Part shown: positions 1 to 14,830 of the stretch, piece by piece | Layout of the letters: each line of letters begins with the position of its first letter | Numbering within the stretch: the first letter of the stretch is position 1 | Source: the human T2T-CHM13v2.0 reference genome, Homo sapiens | Direction: 5' to 3' (one strand) | Length of the DNA: 64,000 nt | Assembly: GCF_009914755.1 (NCBI RefSeq) | Contig: NC_060937.1 | Notes under the pieces: model-generated | Databases searched by the model: none | What the model was told of the DNA's origin: nothing | The model's input: only the letters and a program-made list of their open reading frames with translations | Translations under genes and position numbers: made by a program

Positions 1-197
1 CAAATCAATAACAGATAAAATAACTAAATAGCAAAATAAGTAAAAGTCATAAAAAGGCATACAAATGGTCCAAAATACATGAAATAAAAACCAACCTCAT
101 TAGTAATAAAACTAATACAAATTAAAACCACAATAAGATAAAATTTCATGTCTGCCAGATTAACAAAATTGTTAAATCATCCAATACCAAGTGTTAA

Positions 198-3245
<3,048 letters not shown>

Positions 3246-3844
3246 AGAAAAAGGAAAATAATGCATTTGCTTTTAGATATGCTCAGTTTCAGGAGGCCCT
3301 TAAACTCACAAGTGGAAATGTCAAACAGGCAATGAGAGATATGCATTCATATCCCAGGTAGGAAGTAGGGGCTAAAGAAAAAGTTACAGGAGACAGCAAA
3401 GAAGTGGGATTGAAGTCACATTTGAGATGGCCTCAGGGTTAAGGAAGAAAGAAGATGAGAGAATGGAATAGAACATTGGAAACAACATTGAAGAGGTCAT
3501 TAGTGCAAAAAGAGACAAAAAAAAAAAAAAGAAACTAAAATAAGGGTAGGATATGAAAAGAGGAATATTTTATAAGTTGAAGGAAGAGGTAATTTCAAGA
3601 AAAAAGCAGTGAAAATTTATTTTAACAAATATTTGAGTGCTACTGTGTCCCAGACATTGTAAGATAAGGCAGCCAAAGAGTTGATACTCTCTTTCCTTTG
3701 TTCTGTCAATATTTTCATTGGTAAAGCGAAGAACAAAAGTAAAGAGGTACTTTATCAGATTTTCAAATGAGAGAAAGGAGTAGCAGCTGATATGACAGAA
3801 TCAGGATCCAAATGTATTCCAATATACTGGAAGTGATGGGCACA

Positions 3845-4426
3845 TGTAAGGTACATGGATGTGCTTTGGTCAAGGAATAGGCCAAGTTGGACATCTGGGA
3901 CAGAGTGACTCGGCGAGTTTAGGGTGCAGGTGCATACTCTGCTTGTTACATAACCTGTTTGTGTAAGCTCATACTGGGCTCAGAGCCACTATTCTTTGAG
4001 AAAGGTATAACTGCCCTGCTGATGCCCTGCACACCCAGAGAAAAGAGAGAGAGCCAGAGTTGTTCGTCTTATAGATAGACAGGGGAGAGCCAGCTTGGCT
4101 TGTGCCCAGAGAGAGAAAAAGTTAAGCTGCTAACCCTGTAAGGGAGAGCCAACCTTGTAGCCCAGGGAATGCAGCTGTGTGTGGGAGTGGCAGGAGCTGC
4201 AGAGCTGGAGCAGATAGCTGAGATAAAGGTAGACAGTGTAAGAGAGCTGCTGTGAGAGAGCTGCTGATGAGGAGCTAGTGTGAGTGAGCTGCTGATGAAA
4301 GAGCTGCTGAATAAAACCATATTCAACTGCTACGGTCCCCCGAGTGTTCTTTTCAGCCATTCGTGACCCATTCACCCCTTCCTTTTGGACCTCAGCATGG
4401 GCTGGAACCTGACCCTGAACCTGACA
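3845..4426 (+). repeat. 5' LTR (LTR18-like) with internal GAGAGCTGCTG repeats and AATAAA at ~4310
   Basis: Starts tgtaaggtacatggatgtgc, ends cctgaca. Aligns along its length with 6552-7152. Confidence 0.88.
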
Positions 4427-4428
4427 TT

Positions 4429-4449
4429 TGGTGTAGTCCTCGGCAGAAT
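4429..4449 (+). promoter_or_regulatory. Primer-binding site complementary to tRNA-Ser, with a 3-nt insertion
   Basis: tggtgtagtc(ctc)ggcagaat versus the Ser PBS TGGCGTAGTCGGCAGGAT, 2 nt after the 5' LTR. Confidence 0.8.
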
Positions 4450-6551
4450 GAGATGAATGGGTCTTCAGCCCACAAGACTCCCAGGTCGGCAATGTGGCTG
4501 CATCATGGGCTGTGGTAACTGGTGGCAGCTGTGCTGCATGGATGGGCTCCAGTGGAGACATGGGTGGCAGTGGACAGGTCCCCTGTGAGTGTGGAGATGG
4601 AACTGAAGCACCTAGAAGTGCACAGCACCGAGAAAGTACATACTTTTGTCAGCAGAGTCAGATGGGTGTTTATGACTGAGCACAGTCATGAGCAGGACAT
4701 GCATGCCCAGTCCCTGTGGGATGCAGCGCAGGGAGGAGGAAGAACCTTGGTTGCAGGCTCACCCAGTGGTCTGCCAGAAAATAGAGCATAAGCAGCTGTT
4801 GGGCCCCAAAGGTAGGCCTAGGGACCCCCACCCCCACTGAGTTGTGGGAGTTAGGCAACTAATGTCGGCAGCGTCTGGGGGGTCCCCTCCCTGCCTGATA
4901 TTCCGTCTCTGAGACGAAGGAGCTGACACATTTCCTGCTCTGCCTCCAAGATGGAGAAGCTGGCTTTTTAAAGTGTGGACTGATGCTGGTCCAGAAAAGT
5001 ACCAGAGACTGTCAGACGATGAAAGTCAAGTATAGACTTGGTGCAACTCAATTGGGAGAAGGATGTTACTGTACAGCCCAGTCCTGCCTAAGTGTTCCAG
5101 TTCAGGGAGTACCTGCTGCAGTCAAGTGGAAGTGTAAAGACTTTTCTGTTTGATAAGGGAACTGGCTGAGGTGCCTTGCTCAGAGGGACACTGGACCACC
5201 GCAGCCACATGTGGACTTGGCAATCCACTGGTCCCTGAACACGTATAAGTTTCTGGGTGGGGCTGCATCAATTAATGGCTATGAAAGCCAGTCAGTGAAA
5301 GTGAGACCTGTATCTTTGCACCTTGCCATCAGCCGCTTGGCTCTCTGCTTATGCATTGTGTATCTCTCCCCAGTGCCTGAATGCATTCTGGGGGTGGATG
5401 TTTTGCACAGCTTGGCAGCTGTGCTGTCTGTCACAGACTTGATGGACCGCTTGACAATGGAACTGGGACTTCTTTTCCAGACAGCCAGGAACAGTTTGCC
5501 TTCATGGGAGGGCGACAATGGACTTTCACAGTGTTGCGGTGGTGTCATAGTCTTATTAATGATGTTATGCTAACCTCTGATTCTTTTACAGGTTTAAAAG
5601 CGGGAATGCCCCTCTTGCCTGGGATTGGGATAATGAAACTGAGGCAGCCTTTTCCAATAGCCAAGCAGGCTATTCGGTAGACATAAGCCCTATGGGTAGT
5701 TGACCAGGGGTGCTCATTTAAGCTGGATGTGCATGTGACCACAGATAGCTTTGGCTAGGGCCTATATCAATGCATGAGGCACTTGGGAGTGACAGTATGC
5801 TTTTAGTCCCAACTATGGAAGGGAGCTGAGCTCTCATACTCTGATAGGGAAGCAGTTAGCAGCTATATATGCTTCCCTTCAGGCTAATGAGAGCATGGCA
5901 GGACAGATGACTTACCCAATAGCGGGATGGGTGCATTCATAGGTAACAAGCCCCCAGAATGGGATGGCGTAGATATCCACTTTAGCAAAGTGTAGCACCT
6001 CCTTAGAACAGCGGAGTATGCTGAGTACAAGTACCTTAGCTGCAGTGTTACAAGAGGTCTTGGCACCTGTAGTCCTCATGCAAGATAAGGCCATGGGGCC
6101 TGAAGCACCCCTAGACCCTAAGCCTTCACTGTTAGGAAGAACATCCTCCCATTCTTAATAGGGCAGGGAACACAGATAGGTCTAGCTGGGGTGCTACTGC
6201 TGCCTGGATTGCTGTCACAGTCTAGCCTAGTACTGACACCATATGGTTTGAAACCAGGTGCAGGCAAAGTAGCCAATGGGCTGAACTCAGTGCAATGTGA
6301 ATGATGATCAACAAGGAGGTGACACCTACAGTAATCTGTACTAATAGCTAGGCAGTTTATCAAAGCTTATGTATGTAACGGGCCTGTGTGTCCAGAAGCT
6401 TATGTATGTGTTGGACCTGGGGCCTATGTGCCAAACCTGTGTATCAGGCCTGCATGCCCAAAGCTTATGTGTCAGGCTTGTGTATGAAGCCTATGTGTGT
6501 TTATTGGGCCTCTGTGCCCAAAACCTATCTCTCTTGGCCTAGAGGGTGAAA

Positions 6552-7152
6552 TGTAAGGTATATGGATGTGCTCTGGTCAAGGAATAGGCCAAGGTGGACC
6601 TCTGGGCCAGAATGACTCAGTGAGTTTAGGGTGCAGGCGCATACTCCACTTGTTATATAACCTGTTTGTGTAAGCTCATACTGGGCTCGGAGCCAGTATT
6701 GTTTGAGAAAGGTATAACTGCCCTGCTGTCACCGTGCACAGGGCTTGTGCAGGCGCACCCGAAGAAAGACAGAGAGAGAGCCAGAGTTGTCCATCTTGTA
6801 GGCGGACAAGGGGGAGCCAAGGCTCGGCTCGTCTTGCACCCAGAGAAAGAGTTAAGCTGCTAACCCTGTAAGGGAAAGCCTGCCTTGTAGGCCAGGGAAT
6901 GCAGCTGTGTGTGGGAGTGGCAGGAGCTGCAGAGCTGGAGCTGACAGCCAAGATAAAAGCAGTGTGAGAGAGCTGCTGCGAGAGAGCTGCTGATGAGAGA
7001 GCTAGTGTGAGTGAGCTGCTGATGAAAGAGCTGCTGAATAAAGCCATACTCACTGCCTACAGCCCCTTGAGTGTTCTTTCAGCTATTTGTCGCCCATCCA
7101 CCCACTCCCTTCAGACCTCAGCATAGGCTGGAAACTGACACTGGGTGTGACA
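6552..7152 (+). repeat. 3' LTR (LTR18-like) with intact AP-1 site TGACTCA at 6613-6619 and AATAAA at ~7037
   Basis: Starts tgtaaggtatatggatgtgc after the PPT, ends gtgtgaca followed by the TSD. Confidence 0.88.
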
Positions 7153-8089
7153 GCACAACCTCACAAAACGATATCTAAGAAGAATAAAAATACATCACCC
7201 ATGAACTATTCTTGCCCAAAACATTTAACCTGAATTTAATCAAGCCTCTCTCTAGGCCTAACTTCCACTTTACAAGAAATGCAAAGGCTAGAAGATGTTA
7301 AATGACACCATGAGGAAAACAATCAGATAAATCCAGAAAAATAGGATGGTCTATAAGACAACTGTCCTGAACTCTTAACAAAGACAACATCGTAATGAGC
7401 GGATTAATAAAAAAAGGTGGAGGACTGTTCACATCACAAGTGACCAAGAGGAGGTCATATGGGAACTCTCTGTACTCTGCTCAAGTTTTTTATAAACCTA
7501 AAACTGTCCTAAAAATATAGTCTAAAAAAATAGAGAAATGCTGAGTCAGTCACTGAGAGAGAGAAACGTCAATACTAAGAAGATTCCACTTTCTGGTTCT
7601 TACTTATTTGGTACTGCAGAATCAGTGGCTGAAAGTGCAACACTTCCTTTTTGCTGTGCTGGTTATTTTTCTTCATATATAATGCCACTGGTAAGCATGA
7701 AGAACAGTTTCTTTTTTTTCCCCTCACACTCAAGGGAAGTCTAAACAGCTGACCAAGGAAGGCACGTTCATCACCTGCTGGCACTGATCAAAGCAAAGGT
7801 ATCCAAAACACCTGAAAAGCTCCTCCCTAGAGTAACAGATATGCCACCTGGCCTAGAGCTCGGCCTCAAATATGGCCTATTCAAAGTTTTGTATTCTGAA
7901 GATGAAGAAATCAAGCTCCAGAAAGGTCACACCCGTGAGATGAAGCTAGCTGAGCCTAGGTGAGGAACCCATCTCCTGACTCCTAGTCTGCCACTCTTAG
8001 CCAGCACTTTCAATGAGAGTGAAAATAGCCTGGCAGACATCCCTCCTGCTAGAACTGCCTTTTAGACAGTAAAGCAATTCCCAAATATG

Positions 8090-8612
<523 letters not shown>

Positions 8613-8710
8613 TTTAAAAACAACCAAAGATAACAAGCAACTAAACACAAGGTGTGAACATTGACTGGATCCTAGTTTGGGGAGAAAAAAAATAAAGCTA
8701 TAAAAAACAG

Positions 8711-9238
8711 TGTATTCATTTTCTATTGCTGCTGTAATAAGTGACTGTGTAACAAGTCACCACAAATTTGGTGGCTTAAAATCATACAAGTTTATTATCT
8801 TATAATTCTATAGGTCAGAAGTCCAAAATAGGTCTTACTGGATTAAAATCGAGGTTTCAGCAGGGATAGGTTCCTTTCTGAAAGGTATATGAGAGAATCC
8901 ATTTCCTTGTCCTTTCCAGTCTCTTTGCCAGAGGGCACTGACATTCCTTGGCTTGTATTCTTCCATTTTCAAATCCAGCAACACTGTCTCTCTCTGTGCC
9001 TTTCTCCCATAGTCACGTTTCCCTCTAACTCTGTTTTTCTGCCTCTATCATCCACTTTTAAGGACCCTTGTGATAACACTGGGCCCACCAGATAATCCAG
9101 TGTAATCTCACTATTTTAAGGTCAGTTGATGAGCAACCTTAATTCCCCTTTGCCATGTAAGATAAGATAGTCAGAGGTTCAGAGGATTAAGACATGGCTA
9201 CCTTTGGGTACAGGGGAAGCATTATTCTGCTTACTACA
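8711..9238 (-). mobile_element. MaLR solo LTR (MLT1, probably MLT1C/D)
   Basis: tgtattcattttctattgctgctgtaa...ggtggcttaaaa...attattctgcttactaca. Near-TSD aacag/aatag. Confidence 0.75.
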
Positions 9239-10484
9239 AATAGTTTTGTGACAATGGCAGAAATTTGAATTATTATAGAATTTTTGTTAATTTGCTTGCA
9301 TATAATAAGGGTATCATGGTTATGAAAGAAAATGCCTTTATTCTTTAGGAATGCCTTCACTTAGGAGTGAAAGGTCTTATCTAAAACTTATTTTCAAATA
9401 GTTCTGCAAGTAAATAAATGTGTAAACTTATATAGATATTCATATATACATATATCTATAAAGCAAATATGGCAAAATGTTAATGATTTTGAATGTAGGT
9501 AGAAGGCATATACAGTTTATTATTACTATTATATTATATATATTAACTTCTCTTTACATATCAGATTTTCCTTAATAAAAAGTTGGAAAAATTCAAACAA
9601 ATCCACAAAATGTCACGGTCAATTATACAAATACATATGATAGAAATGTACTTAGCGGCCTATCACAGTGGCTCACGCCTGTAATCCCAGCACTTTGGGA
9701 GGCCGAGGTGGGCGAATCACCTGAGGTCAGGAGTTTGAGATCAGTCTGGCCGACACGGTGAAACCCTGTCTCTACTAAAAAAAAAAAAAAAAAATTAGCC
9801 GGGCATGGTGGCATGTGCTTGTAATCTCAGGTACTCGGAAGGCTGAGGCAGGAGAATCACTTGAGCCTGGGGGGACAGAGGTTGCAGTGAGCCAAGATCG
9901 TGCCACTGCACTCCGGCCTGGGCAACAGAGTGAGACTCCACCCCAGCCACCGCACTAAAATAAAAATGTGATTTAGCCATAGACCATGTGATAAAAGAGC
10001 TAGTGGTGTTATATTTACTTTGATTTAAAAAAGTCACATGGCTAACAAAAAGTTAAATAAACTTAAGTAGCATTTAAAGGATTATCTGAAAGAGTATCTT
10101 CTTCCTGTGGGCCGCTGACAATGGAGTACTGTACATGATCCATGCATCCATATGTGCATAAAAAATGTCTAAAGACTGAATACCTGTCACATATACCTGT
10201 GTTAATATTATACATAACTATATAGATGAGGTTATGATTAATTAAAAAGTGTCACTTAGCATTCTATTATATATTTTTCATCACTGGACACTAAAATTAT
10301 ACTGTCACCATGCAGAAACTGTTAAAATTTGTCATTTCAAAGCATTCTCATATTCAAAAGTGCTGAGAATCAGCACTATAGATAAATGCCCTCAGTCTGT
10401 TCTTGCCCAGGTCAGAGCAAATGTAGATTAAAAAGAAATTATTTATCTGCACACTCACTTAAGAAATGATTTATGGTGGCTTAC

Positions 10485-11065
10485 TGAAACAGCTCCGTTG
10501 TCTGGGCTATATACCCTGATTTCTGGTCAAGGTTGAGAAAGAATTCAGGACATGGGCACACACGAGGAGTGGGTTTAGCAGCAGAAAGTTAAATAGAAAA
10601 AGAAGAGAGAGAGAAAGCTTCCTCATGCAGAGAAAGCAGGTCATCCAAGAGAGGGTCTCCAAACAGAAAAAGGATTGGCTAGCACGAATGTGCCAAGTTT
10701 TATAGTCCAGTTTGAGGAGGCGGTGTCTGATTTACATAGGGCTCATAGATTGGTTTAATCAGGTATGACGTCTACATAATGCACAGGGAAGGCTGGTTAC
10801 CCCACCCTAATCTTATTATGCAAATGGACATTCCAGTTGATCAGTGCCACGTTGTCTGCTTCTTTCTGTACACGTGGCTGACAAACAGAAGGGAAGATGG
10901 AGCCTCCATCTTGAACATGATTGGCACGACTGCCAGTATCTATGTCTGCAGCTCTTCGTTAGAAAGGAAAATAATTTGGGGCTGCTTTTCATTAAAAAGG
11001 AAAGCCTTACCGAGGATTCCCATATCCCTACTATCTGCCTAAGTACTTTCTTACCTCCTATATCA
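10485..11065 (-). mobile_element. ERV1 (MER4-group) solo LTR, subfamily uncertain (LTR29/MER61-like)
   Basis: TG...CA termini; minus strand begins tgatataggaggtaagaaag. 4-bp near-TSD ttac/ttat. Confidence 0.7.
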
Positions 11066-11859
11066 TTATGAAAGCACATATACTACAATGAAAATAAGTT
11101 GAAGACAGATAAGAAAAATACGGCAAAGGGAGAAGAAAAATACGGCAAAGGGAGAAGGGCAGGAAAGACAGAACAAGAATCTCTCACACAAAAGGCATGA
11201 TATATCTTGTTAGAGGTGAAATATTTCATGCAATTCTGTCTATCTGGATACCTTAAAATGGTATTGAGGAGAATTACATTTCCAGGAATGTAGTAAGTAG
11301 GTAACAGGATCAAACAACTAAATCCTGGATTAAGCATTTTTTCAAAATATTTTCTAAATGCACTGATGAGCTTCTGAAAAATTACAGAATTCCCAGGATT
11401 CCTGAAGGCAGGAACCCAGAAGGGTCAGCTGACCTCAGCCGCCTTTGAAAACATTTGATGAACCAGATGAACTGGATCTTCAGGGTTTTTGTAAACTTAG
11501 GGCTTTTTGTGGGCACAAGTTAACAGGGTAAGGGAGCAGGCCAATAACAATTCCCTCTCTAATAAAGCTGAGACCTCAAATGGCTTCTTTGCTTTTGTCT
11601 AAAAGTGAACAGAAACTTATCTCTACCCTCCAACCAAAACTGCAAGGAAAAATAAATTACGTGGAATTCTGATGCTGAGTGGATTAGGGTAGGGAACATC
11701 ACATCTAAGGATCTGGAACTACAACCCATTCCTCACATGCTGCTCTCTGTCTAGTCTAGAAAACTGCAGACCAGTAATTTAGAATGATCTCAGGCTGGTA
11801 CTGCTGCCAGGCACCTGGCAGAAGTAAATATAATCCTTGCTGGAGAAATCTATTTTTAT

Positions 11860-12103
11860 CCAAGGGCTCAAAAATACTGATACAAATAAAATTCCAAGAA
11901 AAATGAGTAGCTCATAGCAAAAAATAACAGAATACATTGGAAACATATAACCATGAACAAGGAACAGCAAAAACAGACCTGAAGTACTGTGGATATACAG
12001 CATGTAAAATAACCACATTCACTATTTATAAAGATACTTCTAAACTGACTGTAGGGAATAAGAAACTCTAAATAATAACTAAATAAAGTTGAAAAAGTAC
12101 CCC
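11860..12103 (+). mobile_element. Ancient L1 (L1M) 5'/ORF1 fragment, left of the chimeric retrocopy
   Basis: A-rich ORF1-like sequence that appears to continue at ~14893. Confidence 0.5.
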
Positions 12104-12415
12104 TGGCAGTGTGGTGCAAGGTGGGTGTGGCAGGACCATGGGGCTCGAGTGCAGCCCCGGCGGGAACACAGACCATTTTAGTTTTGATTGCTGTTACTAC
12201 TACTGATAACTGAGCCAAAGTAGTGATGCTACTTGAAGGAAATTTCTGCAACCCGCAGTCAACTATCATACGATTGTGAGCCATGCCTTTAGTGAAGAGG
12301 AACACCAAGCCCCAGCACTTGTGCCAGGGAGCTCTGCCTGAGGGGATTACCAGTGAACTTGAATGTGTAACCAATAGTACTCTTGCCACTATCATACACC
12401 AGCTGAGCAGTCTGA
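12104..12415 (+). pseudogene. WASF3 (WAVE3)-derived 5' part of a chimeric retrocopy: CpG-decayed 5' UTR plus first coding exon (ATG at 12283)
   Basis: 12283-12414 translates to [44 protein letters not shown], 38/44 identical to the recalled WASF3 N-terminus. Similarity stops exactly at c.133. No intron in the 5' UTR. Confidence 0.9.
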
Positions 12416-14097
12416 GATCTACTCATTTCTCCTTGGGCAGTCAGAAGGTGGAGGAGAGGATGCCCTGGCTATGAACTATGCAAGGCTTACAAGGGCTAAA
12501 AGGCTGCACCATTTACATCAATGACCCCCTTAAGAACCATTTGCTGCAAAAACTTCATCAGCACGGCCAAGTACAGCATGTGGTCATTTCTCCCTGAGTT
12601 TTTGTATCTGCAATTTACCAAACCTGCCAATGCTTTCTTGTTCATTAATGTATTGCAGCAAATTCCAGATGTGTCTCCAACAGGAAAATATACAACTCTC
12701 TTGCCTCTGATTTCAGGGACCAAAGAGGTTATAGAAGATTGTAAATGACATATGGCAGACAAAATAGTTAATACAAAGAACTGAGAGTTCCTTCCTACAG
12801 ACATAGTCCTGATGTCTTCCAGTGAACCTCAGTTGATTGTTATATAGCAACGCCTAATCTGGATGGAGAGACAGATCTAAAGCTACAGCAGGCTTTGCCA
12901 GAAACAGGTTGAATGCAATCAGAAAACCGTTTGTTCAGCCTATCTGGAAAAATAGACCTAATCGTCATTTCTTAGCTTAGATGGAACCTTGAGCCTAAGT
13001 GGTAAAAGCTCTGTTCCAATTGGGCCTGACCAGGTCTTGTTAAGAGGTATACAGCTGAGAAATACTCAGCGGATTATTGGCATAGTTGTTTGCACTGGAT
13101 TTGAAACAAAATTCATGCAGAATTCCGTCAAATCACCTCTCAAGAGATCAAAGGTTGAGAAAGTGATCAATGTGTCAGTCTCCCTTTTGTTCTTGCTGCT
13201 CTTGGTCATGTCCTTGATTCCAGCTCCCAAGTCATTGTCTGACATACTGGTGTTCATCATCTTGTACCAGAACCTCATCCCCATTAGTCTGCTGGTTGCT
13301 GTGGGAAAATTGTGAAATATATTCAGGCCCAGCTTATACACTGGAATGAAGATATGCATTATAAAGTAAATAACGTCTACGCCATGGCCAGAACATTCAA
13401 TCTCAATGAAGAACTTGGGCAGGTAAAACATCTATTTTCTAATAAAACAGGAATATTATGACATTTAAGAAGCGTACCACTGCAGGTGTAATTTACGGTC
13501 AGACACCTTCTTCCATCCTAGAGTCCTGTGAATTTAATGACCCCAAATTATTGGAGAACTTTGAGAATGGTCATCCCACAAAAAACTATATAACGCAATT
13601 TCTTACCCTGTTATCTGTGTGCCACACTGTTATTCCTGAGAGATGGAAATAATATAATCTACCAGGCTTCCTCCCCAGCCAAAGCAGCTTTAGTGAAAGG
13701 AGCAAAAGAATATGGCTTGTTCTTTATACAAGAACACCATACTCTGTCACCACAGAAGCTACGGGAGAAAAATGCTTTTGAAATTCTTAATGTCCTGGAG
13801 TTCTCTAGTAATAGAAAAAGAATGTCTCTAATTGTCTGAACCCTTATGGGACGGCTCTGGCTCTACTGCAAAGGGGCTGATAGAGTGATTTATGAGAGAC
13901 TTTCAGAAGATTCTCTATTTGTTCAGGAGACATTAACCCATCTGGAATATTTTGCCACAGAAGGTCTGAGAATTCTCTGTGTTGTGTATAGAGATTTAAC
14001 TGAGAATGAATATAATGGGTGATTTCGGAAGTACAAAAAAGCGAGTACAACTGTACAAGACAGAATTCAAAGGGTAGAAAAATGGTATGATATTATT

Positions 14098-14402
14098 GGC
14101 CAGGCACAGTGGCTTACACCTGTAATCTCAGCACTTTGGGAAGCCGAAGTGGATGGATCACCTGAGGTCAGGAGTTTGAGACCAGCCTGGCCAACATGGT
14201 GAAACGCTATCTCTACTAACAATACAAAAAAGAAATTAGTTGGGAATGATGGCGGGTGCCTATAATCCCAGCTACTCAGGAGGCTGAGGCAGGAGAATCA
14301 CTTGAACTCAGGAGGCAGAGGTTGCAGTGAGCCAAGATCATGCCACTGCACTTCAGCCTGGACAACAAGAGCAAAACTTTGTCTCAAAAAAAAAATAAAA
14401 AA
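14098..14402 (+). mobile_element. AluS inserted in the ATP8A-like coding remnant
   Basis: Alu consensus. TSD tatgatattatt at 14086-14097 and 14409-14420. Confidence 0.92.
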
Positions 14403-14511
14403 GAACGTTATGATATTATTGAAAAGGTAACATAGGCCATATGTACTCTACATGCCAAGATAAATATGTGAAGGAAATCTAGTTATCAATGTTTTCATAT
14501 CTTGAAGTAAT

Positions 14512-14830
14512 TATTTATTATTTATTTATTTTTTGAGATGCAGTCTGACTCTGTCGCCCAGGCTGGAGTGCAGTGGCATGATCTCGGCTCACTGCAAAGC
14601 TCCACCTCCTGGGTTCATGCCATTCTCCCACCTCAGCCTCCTGAGTAGCTGGGACTACAGGCGCCCGCCACCACACCCAGCTAATCTTGTTTTTTTTTGT
14701 TTTTGTATTTTTAGTAGAGATGGGGTTTCACTGTGTTAGCCAGGATGGTCTCGATCTCCTGACCTCGTGATCCGCCTGCCTTGACCTCCCAAAGTGCTGG
14801 GATTATAGGTGTGAGCCACTGCGCCCCGCC
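14512..14830 (-). mobile_element. AluY-like element inserted in the retained-intron tail of the retrocopy
   Basis: ttagccaggatggtctcgatctcctgacctcgtgatcc is AluY-diagnostic. Flanking agtaattatt direct repeat. Confidence 0.9.

Larger units (their letters stand above)
3845..7152 (+). mobile_element. Internally deleted ERVL-class provirus, HERV-S/HERVL18 type with LTR18-like LTRs
   Basis: Two direct TG...CA LTRs. Perfect 5-bp TSD gcaca (3840-3844, 7153-7157). Ser-tRNA PBS and PPT agagggtgaaa (6541-6551). Protease remnant (PVPECILGVDVL) and RT remnant (QEQFAF..QWTFTVL). Confidence 0.88.

Noticed and set aside
4230-4310. GAGAGCTGCTG repeats, and the 6362-6530 array, as a CRISPR-like array
   Set aside because: Eukaryotic LTR-internal degenerate repeats with no unique spacers; the GAGAGCTGCTG block is present in both LTRs.
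7542-7572. AP-1 (TGAGTCA) and CRE-half (ACGTCA) motifs near the provirus
   Set aside because: Short motifs are expected by chance in 64 kb; no independent support.
11868-12395. 175-aa minus-strand ORF
   Set aside because: Chance antisense frame across L1 debris and the WASF3-derived segment; no recognisable protein.
12989-13315. 108-aa P4-ATPase ORF as a functional gene
   Set aside because: Fragment of an intronless copy with stops, frameshifts, deletions and a DKTG to NKTG change at the catalytic aspartate.
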